From: Candidatus Actinomarina sp.
GTDB taxonomy: Bacteria > Actinomycetota > Acidimicrobiia > Actinomarinales > Actinomarinaceae
DNA length: 64,000 bases
NCBI GenBank assembly: GCA_041234785.1
Contig: JBEROH010000025.1
Span: 30,444-94,443, forward strand
Direction: 5' to 3'
Under the pieces are notes generated by a model that was not told where the DNA came from, did no database searches, and saw nothing but the letters and a program-made list of their open reading frames with translations. Shown here piece by piece: positions 8,850 through 19,416 of the stretch. Each line of letters begins with the position of its first letter. Within the stretch, counting starts at the first letter, position 1. The position numbers were made by a program, and so were the translations under genes.

Positions 8850-11155
8850 ATCAAAAAATTAATTTAAATGTTAATGGTCTGGTTATTGAATCTGAAAACG
8901 ATAAATTACTTATTGAAGCATGTGAAGATTCCGGGATCCACATCCCAAGATTTTGTTGGCATAAGAGACTTGATCCTGTAGGAATGTGCAGAATGTGTTT
9001 AGTAGAGATTGATACTCCAAAAGGTAAAATTTTGGTTCCTTCTTGTACAACCAAGGTTACAGACGAAATGATTGTTGATACTGAATCTGACACTGTAAGA
9101 AAAGCACAAGAGGGAATATTAGAATTTTTATTAATAAATCACCCTTTAGATTGTCCTATTTGTGACAAAGCTGGTGAATGCCCCCTTCAAGATCAAACAA
9201 TGGCATATGGACCTGGAGAAAGTAGGTTTGTTGAGGAGAAAAGACACTTTGAAAAGCCTTTACCAATTTCGGAAATTATTCTATTAGATAGAGAAAGATG
9301 CATATTGTGTGCTCGCTGTACTCGTTTTTCAGATGAAATTTCTGGTGACCCTTTAATAGAGTTTATTCAAAGAGGAAACAAAACTGAAGTAAATACTTTT
9401 CCTAATGAACCTTTCAAATCTTATTTTTCTGGAAATACTGTACAAATCTGTCCAGTTGGAGCACTAACTTCGACTTCTTATAGATTTAAGGCTAGGCCGT
9501 GGGATTTAAAAACAACACAGTCAACTTGTAATGGTTGTTCGATTGGATGCACGATTGAGTTGAATTCATCACAAAACAAAATGCTCAGAATACTTGGTGT
9601 TGACAATGATGCAGTTAACCAAGGTTGGCTATGTGATAAGGGGAGGTACAACTTTGAATATTTAAACTCAAAACAAAGATTACTTTCATCTATGAAAAAA
9701 GTTAATGATATTTTTGAAGAAATTAGTTTACAAGAAGTTTTTAGCGATTTAAAAAATGAAATTATAGATGAATCCACCAAGGTTAAATTTTTTATTGGAA
9801 CAAATCTGACCAATGAAGATTATTATACAATTAAAGAATTTTCAAAAAATATCCCTGCCCAAAACCAAACCTTTTATCTTAATGATGATTTCTTACACTC
9901 TGGAAAGTACCAAAATACAATAGATCAAGCTTCATTAAATGATTTAGATAATTCTGATGTTATTGTTCTATGGGCTCAAGATTTAAAAGAAAATCTTCCA
10001 ATATTATTCTTAAGAATCAGAAAAGCTGTAAAAAATGGAGTGAAGTTGGTCATATTCGGTCATTCTAATCAAACACTTCTTGATATTTCAGATACCTTTT
10101 TTGGTGAAAACATTGTTTCTAATAATTTTGAGATTATCAAAGACTTAAATAAGATTAAAGATTTTAAAAAATCAGTATCTGGAAAGAAAGTTACCGCTGT
10201 AATTGGAAAGTCTTCTCCATTCCAAAGCAATGAAAGTTTAGATAATTTAGTTAAATTTCTTCAAGAAAATTCTGAAGTGAAAATATTAAGGGCTTATTCT
10301 AAAGGTAATATTTTTGGGGCAATAAGTGTATTTGACTCTGTAAAAGGTACTAAAGAATTTATTAACGATACTTCTAATGATACCCCCGATCTTTTATTTG
10401 TAGTAGGTGCAGACCCTGTAGGTTCTTCTATTTTTTCAAGTAATTTCAAAGAAAATATCAAAAAAATTAAAAAAGTTGTATCTTTAGATTTATTTCAACA
10501 TGAGACTTCAGAACTAAGTACCTATATAATCCCAACAGCTTCAACACTTGGAGAAAAAGAAGGAACTTTTACGAATATTGAGTTTAGAACATCCAGAATT
10601 GATAAGCTTGTCCCATCTCCAGGACAATCAATTAGTGACTGGGAGTTTTTTGCTGGCCTTATAAACTATTGTAATCTACAAGAATTTTCAAACAGTGTTC
10701 ATGAAATAAACAAAAAACTATATGAGAATTTGAAATCTTCAAATATACCAATCTTTGATAATTTAGATAAACCCAGTAACGTAGAGGGAATTATTCACAT
10801 AAAAACTCCAAATGTTGAAATTTCTGATGAAGTCATTGAGTCTAACTATTTTCTTGGAAACAAACTATATGGCGACAACGCAACAGTTAGGCACTCTGAA
10901 AGTATTTCTTTTTTGGGGTCTAAAAAGTTTATTGAAATGAATGAAGAAACAGCAAATCAATACAGCCTTACTAATGGAATATGTAAATTAGAACAGAACA
11001 GCTTTTCAGTCAATTTAACTTATAATATAAATAATAAATTACCAGATGGACTTATTTTTATACCTAAAAATCGAAGAGACTTAAATAAATTTAACTTTTT
11101 AGACGAGATAAAAATTTTTCCAGGTTCACAAGAAGGCTCATTAAATGTCAGTTGA
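8846..11155 (+). CDS. nuoG: NADH-quinone oxidoreductase subunit G (75 kDa)
   Basis: 769 aa. N-terminal 2Fe-2S/4Fe-4S cysteine clusters (CRMCLVEI, HPLDCPICDKAGECPLQD, CILCARCTRF). Confidence 0.85.
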   Translation: MNQKINLNVNGLVIESENDKLLIEACEDSGIHIPRFCWHKRLDPVGMCRMCLVEIDTPKGKILVPSCTTKVTDEMIVDTESDTVRKAQEGILEFLLINHPLDCPICDKAGECPLQDQTMAYGPGESRFVEEKRHFEKPLPISEIILLDRERCILCARCTRFSDEISGDPLIEFIQRGNKTEVNTFPNEPFKSYFSGNTVQICPVGALTSTSYRFKARPWDLKTTQSTCNGCSIGCTIELNSSQNKMLRILGVDNDAVNQGWLCDKGRYNFEYLNSKQRLLSSMKKVNDIFEEISLQEVFSDLKNEIIDESTKVKFFIGTNLTNEDYYTIKEFSKNIPAQNQTFYLNDDFLHSGKYQNTIDQASLNDLDNSDVIVLWAQDLKENLPILFLRIRKAVKNGVKLVIFGHSNQTLLDISDTFFGENIVSNNFEIIKDLNKIKDFKKSVSGKKVTAVIGKSSPFQSNESLDNLVKFLQENSEVKILRAYSKGNIFGAISVFDSVKGTKEFINDTSNDTPDLLFVVGADPVGSSIFSSNFKENIKKIKKVVSLDLFQHETSELSTYIIPTASTLGEKEGTFTNIEFRTSRIDKLVPSPGQSISDWEFFAGLINYCNLQEFSNSVHEINKKLYENLKSSNIPIFDNLDKPSNVEGIIHIKTPNVEISDEVIESNYFLGNKLYGDNATVRHSESISFLGSKKFIEMNEETANQYSLTNGICKLEQNSFSVNLTYNINNKLPDGLIFIPKNRRDLNKFNFLDEIKIFPGSQEGSLNVS

Positions 11156-12242
11156 TTTAATTATTTCTCTCGTAAAAGCAAATATAGTCCTGGCTGTCTT
11201 GTTGACTAATACTATTCTCTTAATTTGGTTTGAAAGAAAACTAGTAGCGGGTATGCAGTCAAGAGTTGGTCCTGATAGAGCTGGTCCATTTGGTATTTTA
11301 CAAACTGTCGCTGATGCAATCAAGTTATTACTAAAAGAACAAATTCTTCCTTTGAAAGCTGATAGAGCTATGTATTTATTAGCTCCTATTATTGCTCTAG
11401 TTCCTTCATTTCTAATATTTATGATCATCCCTATTGGGCCAAACTTAAACATAACAATTGCAGGTGAAAATTATATTGTAAAATTTGTTGGTGCAGATAT
11501 CAATGTTGGTGTTTTATATTTTCTTGCCCTCTCTTCTCTAGCTGTTTACAGTGTTGTCTTAGCAGGCTGGTCATCAGGCTCAAAGTATCCTCTCATAGGT
11601 GGGGTTCGAGCTTCTGCTCAAATGATTTCTTATGAAGCAGCTATGGGGCTAGCGTTAGTTCCAGTAATTCTTTATTCTGGGTCTTTATCTCTGGTAGACA
11701 TTGTAGAAAGTCAGGCCGGTAATCTCTCCACAAATATTCCAATATTAAACACTTTTGTTTCTTTTATTCCAAAGTGGAATATTTTTCCTCAATTTGTAGC
11801 TTTTGCAATTTTTTTTATCGCTGCAGTTGCAGAGGTAAACCGAGCCCCGTTTGATTTAGTTGAAGCTGAACAAGAACTAGTCGGCGGTTTTCATACAGAA
11901 TATTCAGGATTTAGATTTGCTATGTTCTTTTTAGCGGAATATATAAATATGTTTAATATGTGTGCTATAACAGCAACATTTTTTCTTGGAGGCTGGTTAG
12001 GACCAACATTTGAAGGAATTCTTCCTTCATTCATCTCAGCACTAATGCCAATAATTTGGCTAGGATTTAAGACATTTTTTCTTTTGTTTATTTTTGTATG
12101 GATTAGAGCAACATTACCAAGATTGAGATATGACCAGCTTATGGAGCTTGGATGGAAAAGATTGATTCCACTAGCTTTAATTTGGTTAATATTGTCATCT
12201 TTAGTATTAGGATTGCGTGAATTTGGTTTACCTTGGAGTTGA
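11145..12242 (+). CDS. nuoH: NADH-quinone oxidoreductase subunit H
   Basis: 365 aa polytopic protein with NuoH/ND1 signature regions (GWSSGSKYPLIGGVRASAQMISYE, EAEQELVGGFHTEYSG). Confidence 0.9.
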   Translation: MSVDLIISLVKANIVLAVLLTNTILLIWFERKLVAGMQSRVGPDRAGPFGILQTVADAIKLLLKEQILPLKADRAMYLLAPIIALVPSFLIFMIIPIGPNLNITIAGENYIVKFVGADINVGVLYFLALSSLAVYSVVLAGWSSGSKYPLIGGVRASAQMISYEAAMGLALVPVILYSGSLSLVDIVESQAGNLSTNIPILNTFVSFIPKWNIFPQFVAFAIFFIAAVAEVNRAPFDLVEAEQELVGGFHTEYSGFRFAMFFLAEYINMFNMCAITATFFLGGWLGPTFEGILPSFISALMPIIWLGFKTFFLLFIFVWIRATLPRLRYDQLMELGWKRLIPLALIWLILSSLVLGLREFGLPWS

Positions 12243-12245
12243 AAT

Positions 12246-12860
12246 ATGAGTGAGAATTTTGGATTATTTAAAGGACTAAAAGTTACATTTAAAGAACTTT
12301 TTAGAAAATCTGTTACAGATAAGTACCCTAAGGAGTTTAGAGAAAAACCTCAAAGGTTTCATGGTCGGCATGTATTGAATAAATATGAAGACGGTATGGA
12401 AAAATGTATTGGTTGTGAATTATGTGCAGGTGTTTGTCCAGCTCAGTGTATATATGTAAGAGGTGAAGACAATCCAGAAGAGAACCCAGTAAGCCCTGGT
12501 GAAAGATATGGATTTATTTACGAGATAAATATGCTTAGGTGCATCTATTGTGCATTGTGTGTAGAAGCGTGTCCAACAGAAGCTATTACTATGACCTCAC
12601 TATTTGAGATGAGTGTAGCTAATAGATCAGAAGCTATTTTTGACAAATCAGTTTTATTAGTTGATGATGAAGGCAAACCTAGATCTCACGAAGAAAAAAC
12701 TAAATTAACAAACGAACACGATATTAACACTTCAGATGGTTGGATGAGAGCAACTTCATCAAATGGTAATCCCAACTTTCAAAATGTGATTAATTGGTCT
12801 GGATCTTTAGGAATTGGAAAAAAAGATCCTGAAAGAGGACAGGTTTTGGAGGAAGAGTAA
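12246..12860 (+). CDS. nuoI: NADH-quinone oxidoreductase subunit I (2x[4Fe-4S] ferredoxin-like), with a C-terminal extension
   Basis: CIGCELCAGVCP and CIYCALCVEACP motifs. Recalled similarity to actinobacterial NuoI. Confidence 0.85.
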   Translation: MSENFGLFKGLKVTFKELFRKSVTDKYPKEFREKPQRFHGRHVLNKYEDGMEKCIGCELCAGVCPAQCIYVRGEDNPEENPVSPGERYGFIYEINMLRCIYCALCVEACPTEAITMTSLFEMSVANRSEAIFDKSVLLVDDEGKPRSHEEKTKLTNEHDINTSDGWMRATSSNGNPNFQNVINWSGSLGIGKKDPERGQVLEEE

Positions 12861-12861
12861 T

Positions 12862-13389
12862 ATGTTAGAAATTTTACTTTTTTTTATTCCAGCTAGTTTA
12901 ATTATTATCGGAGCATTAATTGTTGTTTTCGCAAAAAATCCCGTACATAATGCGATGGGTTTAGTTTTAACCCTTATTTCACTTGCGATTGCATATATTA
13001 CTTTAAATGCACCTTTTGTTGCAATGGTTCAAATGCTAGTTTATGCAGGTGCAGTAATGACATTATTTTTATTTGTAATCATGATGATTGGAGTTGATAA
13101 AAGAGAACAATCAACAGAAAAAATTAAAGGTCAAACATATTTAGTAAGTGGAGTATTTCTAATACTTATTTCACTTTTAGTTTACGTTGCAATTAATTCT
13201 AAATTTAAATGGTCTCTATGGTTTCCTAAAGTCGACTATGTTGTAGAGGGAACCCCTCAATTAATAGCAGGGTTACTTTTTACAGGTTGGATACTTCCGT
13301 TTGAAATAATTTCTTTATTATTAATTGTTGCCACAGCTGCTGCGATTGCCTTAGCTTATGACTCAAAAAAGAAGAGTACAGATGCTTGA
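12862..13389 (+). CDS. nuoJ: NADH-quinone oxidoreductase subunit J
   Basis: Hydrophobic ND6-like protein. ATG at 12862 chosen directly after the nuoI stop. The ORF track's longer 12814 start overlaps nuoI in another frame. Confidence 0.75.
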   Translation: MLEILLFFIPASLIIIGALIVVFAKNPVHNAMGLVLTLISLAIAYITLNAPFVAMVQMLVYAGAVMTLFLFVIMMIGVDKREQSTEKIKGQTYLVSGVFLILISLLVYVAINSKFKWSLWFPKVDYVVEGTPQLIAGLLFTGWILPFEIISLLLIVATAAAIALAYDSKKKSTDA

Positions 13390-13690
13390 GGTAACAACGG
13401 ACTGGTATTTAACGCTTTCTGCAATTTTATTTTCAATTGGCTTTTTTGGAATGATGATAAGAAAAAATGCCTTAATTATGTTTATGTGTATTGAGCTTAT
13501 GTTAAATGCAGTTAATTTAACTTTTATTGCTGCATCCAATCATTTTGGTCAAATAGATGGACAGATTGCAGTTTTTTTTGTACTTGTTGTAGCTGCTGCA
13601 GAAGTTGTTGTAGGGTTAGCAATTATTGTATCAATTTTTAAAAAACAAGTATCCGCATCTGTTGATGTTTTAAATATTTCTAGAGGTTAA
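13382..13690 (+). CDS. nuoK: NADH-quinone oxidoreductase subunit K
   Basis: About 100 aa, 3 TM segments, ND4L-like ([11 protein letters not shown]...[12 protein letters not shown]). ATG 13382 overlaps the nuoJ stop. An alternative ATG at 13358 is possible. Confidence 0.75.
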   Translation: MLEVTTDWYLTLSAILFSIGFFGMMIRKNALIMFMCIELMLNAVNLTFIAASNHFGQIDGQIAVFFVLVVAAAEVVVGLAIIVSIFKKQVSASVDVLNISRG

Positions 13691-13691
13691 G

Positions 13692-15590
13692 ATGATTAAA
13701 TTTTTTATACTTTTAGTAATTTTTTTACCACTTGTAACATCTTCTATACTGTTTATTAACAAAAGAATATTTAATGAAAAATTTACAAGTTTTGTTACTT
13801 TAAATATTTCTTTGTTGACATTCTTAATTTCAGTTTATATTTTTGTAGTATTTTCATTGAATAATTATGAAGGTTTTGAATTTAAGTTGTTTCAGTGGAT
13901 TAAGCTAATTGATATACAAATAGGTTTTAGCCTTAATGGATTATCGGGAATCATGCTTTTGCTTATTACATCTCTTTCTTTATTAATTCAGTTGTTTTCT
14001 ACGTCGTATATGTCTGAAGACAAAAACTATAATTCATATTTTGTTTTTTTCAATTTTTTTGTCTTCTCAATGTTATTTTTAGTAATGTCTTCAAATTTTT
14101 TAGTAATGTTTATTGGCTGGGAACTAGTTGGATTAAGCTCTTATCTTTTGATATCTTTTTGGTCGGAAAAAACGTCAGCAGTAAAAGCTGGAAATAAAGC
14201 TTTTGTGATTAATAGAATTGGTGATTTTGGATTTTTAATAGGATTAATGTTGATTTTTAATAATTTTAATACTTTTGAATTTAATTTAATTTTTTCACAA
14301 ATTTCTTTGAAGTCAGAAAGTACACTAACTTTAATTGCAATTTTTTTATTGCTTGGAGCATTTGGTAAATCAGCTCAGTTTCCATTGTTTAGTTGGTTAC
14401 CAGATGCTATGGAAGGTCCTACTCCTGCTAGTGCTTTAATTCATGCAGCGACAATGGTCACTGCAGGGGTGTTCATGTTGGTAAGAATTTCCCCTTTGCT
14501 ACAGTATTCTGAAGTTGCAAATCTAATAATAATCTCTATTGGCCTCTTCACGGCATTAATTGCAGCCTTTTCGGCAATTAATCAAAATGATATAAAAAAA
14601 GTTTTAGCTTATTCTACAATTTCCCAACTGGGATTTATGTTTATTGCAATAGGAGCAGGTGCATATGTAGCCGCAATATTTCATCTTGTAACCCACGCAT
14701 TTTTCAAAGCATTACTTTTTCTAGGTGCTGGATCTGTTATTCACGCTATGCACCACGAACAGGATATAACAAAAATGGGAGCTTTAAAAAAGCAAATGCC
14801 TATAACAGCAACAACAATGGGAATAGGTACAATTGCCATCGCCGGCATCCCACCCCTTGCTGGCTTCTGGTCTAAAGACGAAATTCTTGCATCAGTTTTT
14901 TCAAAAGGCGGAGTCTATTATATTTTTTGGGGCCTAGCATTAGCTGCTGCATTTTTAACAGCATTTTATATGGGAAGACATTGGTTGTTGATTTTTCAAA
15001 AAGAAAATAACTTTGATCATACTCATGTAAATGAATCACCAAAAAAAATGTTGATACCATTGATTATATTGAGTGTCTTTTCCATTTTCATCGGATTTAT
15101 TAACACACCTCTTTTTCATGGATTAGAAAAAGTACTTTATCAATCTCTCGAAGAAGTTTATGTAACACATCTACCAGAAGGATTTACATTGATTGCACTT
15201 GCATTAATTTCAATAGGAATTGGATTCTCGGGGTTAATAAGTTCTTACCTTATTTACTCTTTAGCTGTACACAAAAAGTTAGATTTTCAAATAGCAATTA
15301 ACTTTATAACTTTCTTGAAAAAACTATCGTTGAATGTTTTTTACTTAAATAAAATAGGAAATTTTATTTTTGTTGCAAGCCTTAAAAATTTTACTCGTAA
15401 AATTGCTGTTGTTGTAGATGGATTAATTATTGATGGTGCTGTGAATTTAGTTGCAGACACTTTTAATAAGACTTCAAAACTCACTTCATTCTCACAAACT
15501 GGTCAAGTAAGAAATTATGTAATGTATTTTGGTTTGTTTTTAGTTTTATTAATAGGTCTATTTATTGCCACACCATTGGTTTCACCATGA
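13692..15590 (+). CDS. nuoL: NADH-quinone oxidoreductase subunit L (antiporter-like)
   Basis: 632 aa. ND5 motifs (WLPDAMEGPTPASALIHAATMVTAGV). Confidence 0.9.
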   Translation: MIKFFILLVIFLPLVTSSILFINKRIFNEKFTSFVTLNISLLTFLISVYIFVVFSLNNYEGFEFKLFQWIKLIDIQIGFSLNGLSGIMLLLITSLSLLIQLFSTSYMSEDKNYNSYFVFFNFFVFSMLFLVMSSNFLVMFIGWELVGLSSYLLISFWSEKTSAVKAGNKAFVINRIGDFGFLIGLMLIFNNFNTFEFNLIFSQISLKSESTLTLIAIFLLLGAFGKSAQFPLFSWLPDAMEGPTPASALIHAATMVTAGVFMLVRISPLLQYSEVANLIIISIGLFTALIAAFSAINQNDIKKVLAYSTISQLGFMFIAIGAGAYVAAIFHLVTHAFFKALLFLGAGSVIHAMHHEQDITKMGALKKQMPITATTMGIGTIAIAGIPPLAGFWSKDEILASVFSKGGVYYIFWGLALAAAFLTAFYMGRHWLLIFQKENNFDHTHVNESPKKMLIPLIILSVFSIFIGFINTPLFHGLEKVLYQSLEEVYVTHLPEGFTLIALALISIGIGFSGLISSYLIYSLAVHKKLDFQIAINFITFLKKLSLNVFYLNKIGNFIFVASLKNFTRKIAVVVDGLIIDGAVNLVADTFNKTSKLTSFSQTGQVRNYVMYFGLFLVLLIGLFIATPLVSP

Positions 15591-17074
15591 TAGAACTAAT
15601 TTTTTCATTTATTTTTGTACCTTTTTTAGGTTCAATAATTATTTTTCTACTCCCAAAAACTCGTTCTGAATTGTATAGACCAATCTCAATTGCTATCTCT
15701 TTGATCACTCTAACTAATTCAATTTACTTATTATTTAGTGAGTATTCAAAAACGGAGTTTAATATTTTATACAGATTTACATGGATTAAATCCTATGGTT
15801 TAGAAATAAACTTTGGAACATCTGGAATGTCAGCACTACTTATTTTTCTCACAGCTTTGTTAATAGTCTTATCACTATTCTCTCTCAACCAACTTCACGC
15901 AGAAAGCAAAGGTTTTCTCGGTTCATTTCTAGCTTTGCATTTTGCAATCAATGGAGTATTTGTTAGCGGTGATTTAATTTCACTATTTATATTTTTTGAA
16001 GCAATCCTAATTCCAATGTATTTCTTAATGGGAATATGGGGTGGTGAGAACAGAAAATATGCGACAATAAAATTTATAATTTATACCGTATTTGGTTCAA
16101 TTTTTATTTTTATTGGTACAGTTTATGTCGCTGTTATTAGTTATTCATATAATGGCAAGTTAGCTGTCGACTTTGAAACACTTGGAAATTTAAATTTAAC
16201 TTTAACGCAATCTAAAGTTTTATTTTTACTTTTCACTTTTGGTTTTTTAGTAAAAGTCCCAATCTTTCCACTACATACATGGCTTCCAGACGCACATGTA
16301 GAAGCCCCTACTGCAGGAAGCATCATGCTTGCAGGAGTTTTGTTAAAAGTTGGAGCTTTTGGAATACTTAGAGTTTCCATACCTTTTTTTACTGAAGGGT
16401 ATCTTGAATATCGAAGTTATATTGCAATTCTTTCAGTAATTGGGATTATTTATGGCGCTGTTGTAGCAATTGCACAGGAGGATATTAAAAAATTAATTGC
16501 ATATTCTTCTATTAGCCACATGGGATTTGTAATGTTGGGAATCTCAGCAGGTAGTCTACTAAGTTTAGAAGGTGCAATTATTCAAATTTTTAACCATGGA
16601 ATTACAGCTGCAGCATTGTTTATGCTTGTTGGATTTTTATATGATAGAAGACATACAAGAAAAATAAGTGAATTTGGAGGGTTAAAAATAACAATGCCTA
16701 AATATGCCGCAATATTTTTATTTACATCCTTTGCATCGATTGGATTACCAGGGCTTAATGGTTTTGTGGGAGAGTTCATGATATTAATAGGAAGTTACGA
16801 AACTTTTAATCTCCTCTCAACTATTGCTGCTTTAGGTGTAGTTTTAGCAGCTATATATATGCTTTGGGCATATCAAAGAATTTTTACTGGTAGCATTTCT
16901 AAAGAAGAAAACAAGGTATTAAAAGATCTTAACCTGAGAGAGTTAATTTCAATTGTTCCTTTATTATTACTTATGTTGTTAATTGGGGTTTATCCAAAAT
17001 TAATTGAAAGTTTTGTCACCCAAGATGCTTTTGCAATCAATAGTATTATTAAATTTATTATAGGTATGAAATGA
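15587..17074 (+). CDS. nuoM: NADH-quinone oxidoreductase subunit M
   Basis: 495 aa. ND4 motifs (HTWLPDAHVEAPTAGSIMLAGVLLK). Confidence 0.9.
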   Translation: MIELIFSFIFVPFLGSIIIFLLPKTRSELYRPISIAISLITLTNSIYLLFSEYSKTEFNILYRFTWIKSYGLEINFGTSGMSALLIFLTALLIVLSLFSLNQLHAESKGFLGSFLALHFAINGVFVSGDLISLFIFFEAILIPMYFLMGIWGGENRKYATIKFIIYTVFGSIFIFIGTVYVAVISYSYNGKLAVDFETLGNLNLTLTQSKVLFLLFTFGFLVKVPIFPLHTWLPDAHVEAPTAGSIMLAGVLLKVGAFGILRVSIPFFTEGYLEYRSYIAILSVIGIIYGAVVAIAQEDIKKLIAYSSISHMGFVMLGISAGSLLSLEGAIIQIFNHGITAAALFMLVGFLYDRRHTRKISEFGGLKITMPKYAAIFLFTSFASIGLPGLNGFVGEFMILIGSYETFNLLSTIAALGVVLAAIYMLWAYQRIFTGSISKEENKVLKDLNLRELISIVPLLLLMLLIGVYPKLIESFVTQDAFAINSIIKFIIGMK

Positions 17075-18543
17075 CATCAATTTCAGAGTTAATTGGTTTA
17101 AATTTTGTTGTTATTGGTCCCACTTTAACTTTATTAGTGACCACTTTGATTCTTCTTTTTTCTACTATATCGATTAGAACTTCTACTGTTGTAAAAAAAT
17201 ACATTACATTAGTTGGTGTCTTTGCAACTTTATTTGCAATATTTTTAAAATTTGGTTTATTTTTTTCAAATGGTCTATCTTCTTACTTTTCAGAGAAAAT
17301 ATTGCTTGATGAATTTTCTTTGTTTGGAAATTTGTTGATTGGGTTTGTATTGATATTTACTTTCATACCTTTTTGGAAAACTTCAGAAATGTTTTCAAGT
17401 AAAACTACTGAAGCAATTATTTTAATATTGATGTCAGCTTCAGGGTTTCTTTTAATGGTAGATTCCGAAAATTTTATTATGTTATTTATAGGATTAGAAA
17501 TTGGTTCTATTAGTTTGTATGCTTTATCAGGATTAAATAGAGGTGACAAGTTAAGTAACGAGGCTTCACTCAAGTACTTTTTACTAGGATCTCTAGCTTC
17601 CTGCATATTGATTTATGGTGTTGCCCTTTTATATGTTTCGTTATCAATAACAGGTGTTTACGAAACAAGTATTGCAATAAGTTTTATTGGCACAGATAAT
17701 GTTCCCTTAACAACATTAGTTGGACTAATATTTTTGATTGTAGGATTGTTATTTAAGGTTGCAGCCGCCCCATTTCAAGCTTGGGCGCCAGACGTTTACC
17801 AAGGTGCTCCAACAGGATATGTAGGGTATATGGCATCGGTAGCTAAAGTATCCTCCTTCATAGTTTTAGCTCGACTATCAGCTGTTTCATTATCATTAAT
17901 TTTGGATAAATTTGAACTATTCTTTTCTGCCATTATTATCTTGTCAGTAGTTTTGGGCTCATTGTTTGCTTCAAATCAAACTGACCTTAAAAGATTGTTA
18001 GCTTATAGCGGTGTAATACAGTCTGGTTTTATTCTTGCAGGAATCAGTTCAGGCCTTAATGGTATTAGTGCTTCATTATTTTATCTTACGACCTACATAG
18101 TCCAGCTCCTTGGAGTATTTTTTGTGTTCTCATTAATTAGTGGACATATGAGTTCAGATTTCAGTATTGAAAAACTTTCTGGACTTTTTAAAGATAATAA
18201 ATTATTAACTATTTCCTTCTCTATTTTTATGCTTGGTATAGCTGGACTGCCTTTAACAAGTGGTTTTGTGTCAAAATTTATTCTTATAGCAAATCTTTGG
18301 TCGTATGAAAGATATGTTATTGTCGTAATGTTAATGCTCTCTACTGTTGCTGGATTTTATTTTTACCTTAAACCTATTTGGACTGCTTCTATTCAAAAAT
18401 CAGAGATTTTGAAAATTAAAATAAAAATTAGCTTAGTTGAAAAATTAGTATTGCTAATACTTTCCTTTTTAACTATTTTTTTAGGATTATTTCCTAACGG
18501 GTTAATAAACTTAACTCGCTGGGTAATTGAGAATTATTTGTAA
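17071..18543 (+). CDS. nuoN: NADH-quinone oxidoreductase subunit N
   Basis: 490 aa. ND2 motifs (APFQAWAPDVYQGAPT). Last gene of operon 1. Confidence 0.9.
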   Translation: MTSISELIGLNFVVIGPTLTLLVTTLILLFSTISIRTSTVVKKYITLVGVFATLFAIFLKFGLFFSNGLSSYFSEKILLDEFSLFGNLLIGFVLIFTFIPFWKTSEMFSSKTTEAIILILMSASGFLLMVDSENFIMLFIGLEIGSISLYALSGLNRGDKLSNEASLKYFLLGSLASCILIYGVALLYVSLSITGVYETSIAISFIGTDNVPLTTLVGLIFLIVGLLFKVAAAPFQAWAPDVYQGAPTGYVGYMASVAKVSSFIVLARLSAVSLSLILDKFELFFSAIIILSVVLGSLFASNQTDLKRLLAYSGVIQSGFILAGISSGLNGISASLFYLTTYIVQLLGVFFVFSLISGHMSSDFSIEKLSGLFKDNKLLTISFSIFMLGIAGLPLTSGFVSKFILIANLWSYERYVIVVMLMLSTVAGFYFYLKPIWTASIQKSEILKIKIKISLVEKLVLLILSFLTIFLGLFPNGLINLTRWVIENYL

Positions 18544-18699
18544 TGATTGCCAAAATTTATCCCTTATCTTATCTAAACCACCAAGGAGGTTGGGATGAAA
18601 TGCTATACTTTCTAATACCAGCAATAATTCTCAGTTGGCTAAGGTATAAAAAAGTAAAATAAGTTTTAGTGTTTAAAATTTATCCTTTAAAATCATTTT

Positions 18700-19416
18700 A
18701 TGATTGAAATCAAGAACCTAACCATGAAATACAAAAATGGTAAAGGCATCGAGAACATTAACCTAACTATTAATGATGGGGAAGTGAAAGGATTATTAGG
18801 TCCAAATGGTTCTGGAAAATCAACAACGATGAGAAGTTATATGGGTTTTTTGAATCCTATTTCATATGAGATGTATGCAAATGGTATCGATACACTAAAA
18901 AACCCAGTTGAGGCAAAAAAAATAATTGGTTATCTTCCTGGAGATCCACAGTTACCACAGAATTTAAATTCTAGCTCTTTATTTTCACTCAGTGCAGACA
19001 TGAGAAATCATTCTGTTGACTATGCTATGGAACTTGCTGAAAGGTTCGAGCTAGAAGTTGATCAATCAATAAAAGAGTTATCAAAAGGCAACAGGCAAAA
19101 AACAGCACTTATATTATCTCTATCACATAAACCCAAGGTACTAATTCTTGATGAACCAACTTCAGGTTTAGATCCGTTTCATCAAAGAACTTTTTTTGAC
19201 ATTATTCGAGATTTCTCAAAAAACGGAACCTCAGTTATGCTTTCTTCTCATATAATTTCTGAAGTAGAAAAAATTGCTGATTCTATAGCTGTTCTCAAAG
19301 GAGGTAATAAAATTTACGATGAGTATTTTCAAACTTTTTTAGACAAAGCGATAAATGAAGAAAAAAGTTTAGAAGATGCATTTTTTGAATTTTTTGATAA
19401 AGGAAATAAATCATGA
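18700..19416 (+). CDS. ABC transporter ATP-binding protein (ABC-2 exporter type)
   Basis: Walker A GPNGSGKST, signature LSKGNRQK, Walker B LILDEPTSGLD. Confidence 0.85.
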   Translation: MIEIKNLTMKYKNGKGIENINLTINDGEVKGLLGPNGSGKSTTMRSYMGFLNPISYEMYANGIDTLKNPVEAKKIIGYLPGDPQLPQNLNSSSLFSLSADMRNHSVDYAMELAERFELEVDQSIKELSKGNRQKTALILSLSHKPKVLILDEPTSGLDPFHQRTFFDIIRDFSKNGTSVMLSSHIISEVEKIADSIAVLKGGNKIYDEYFQTFLDKAINEEKSLEDAFFEFFDKGNKS

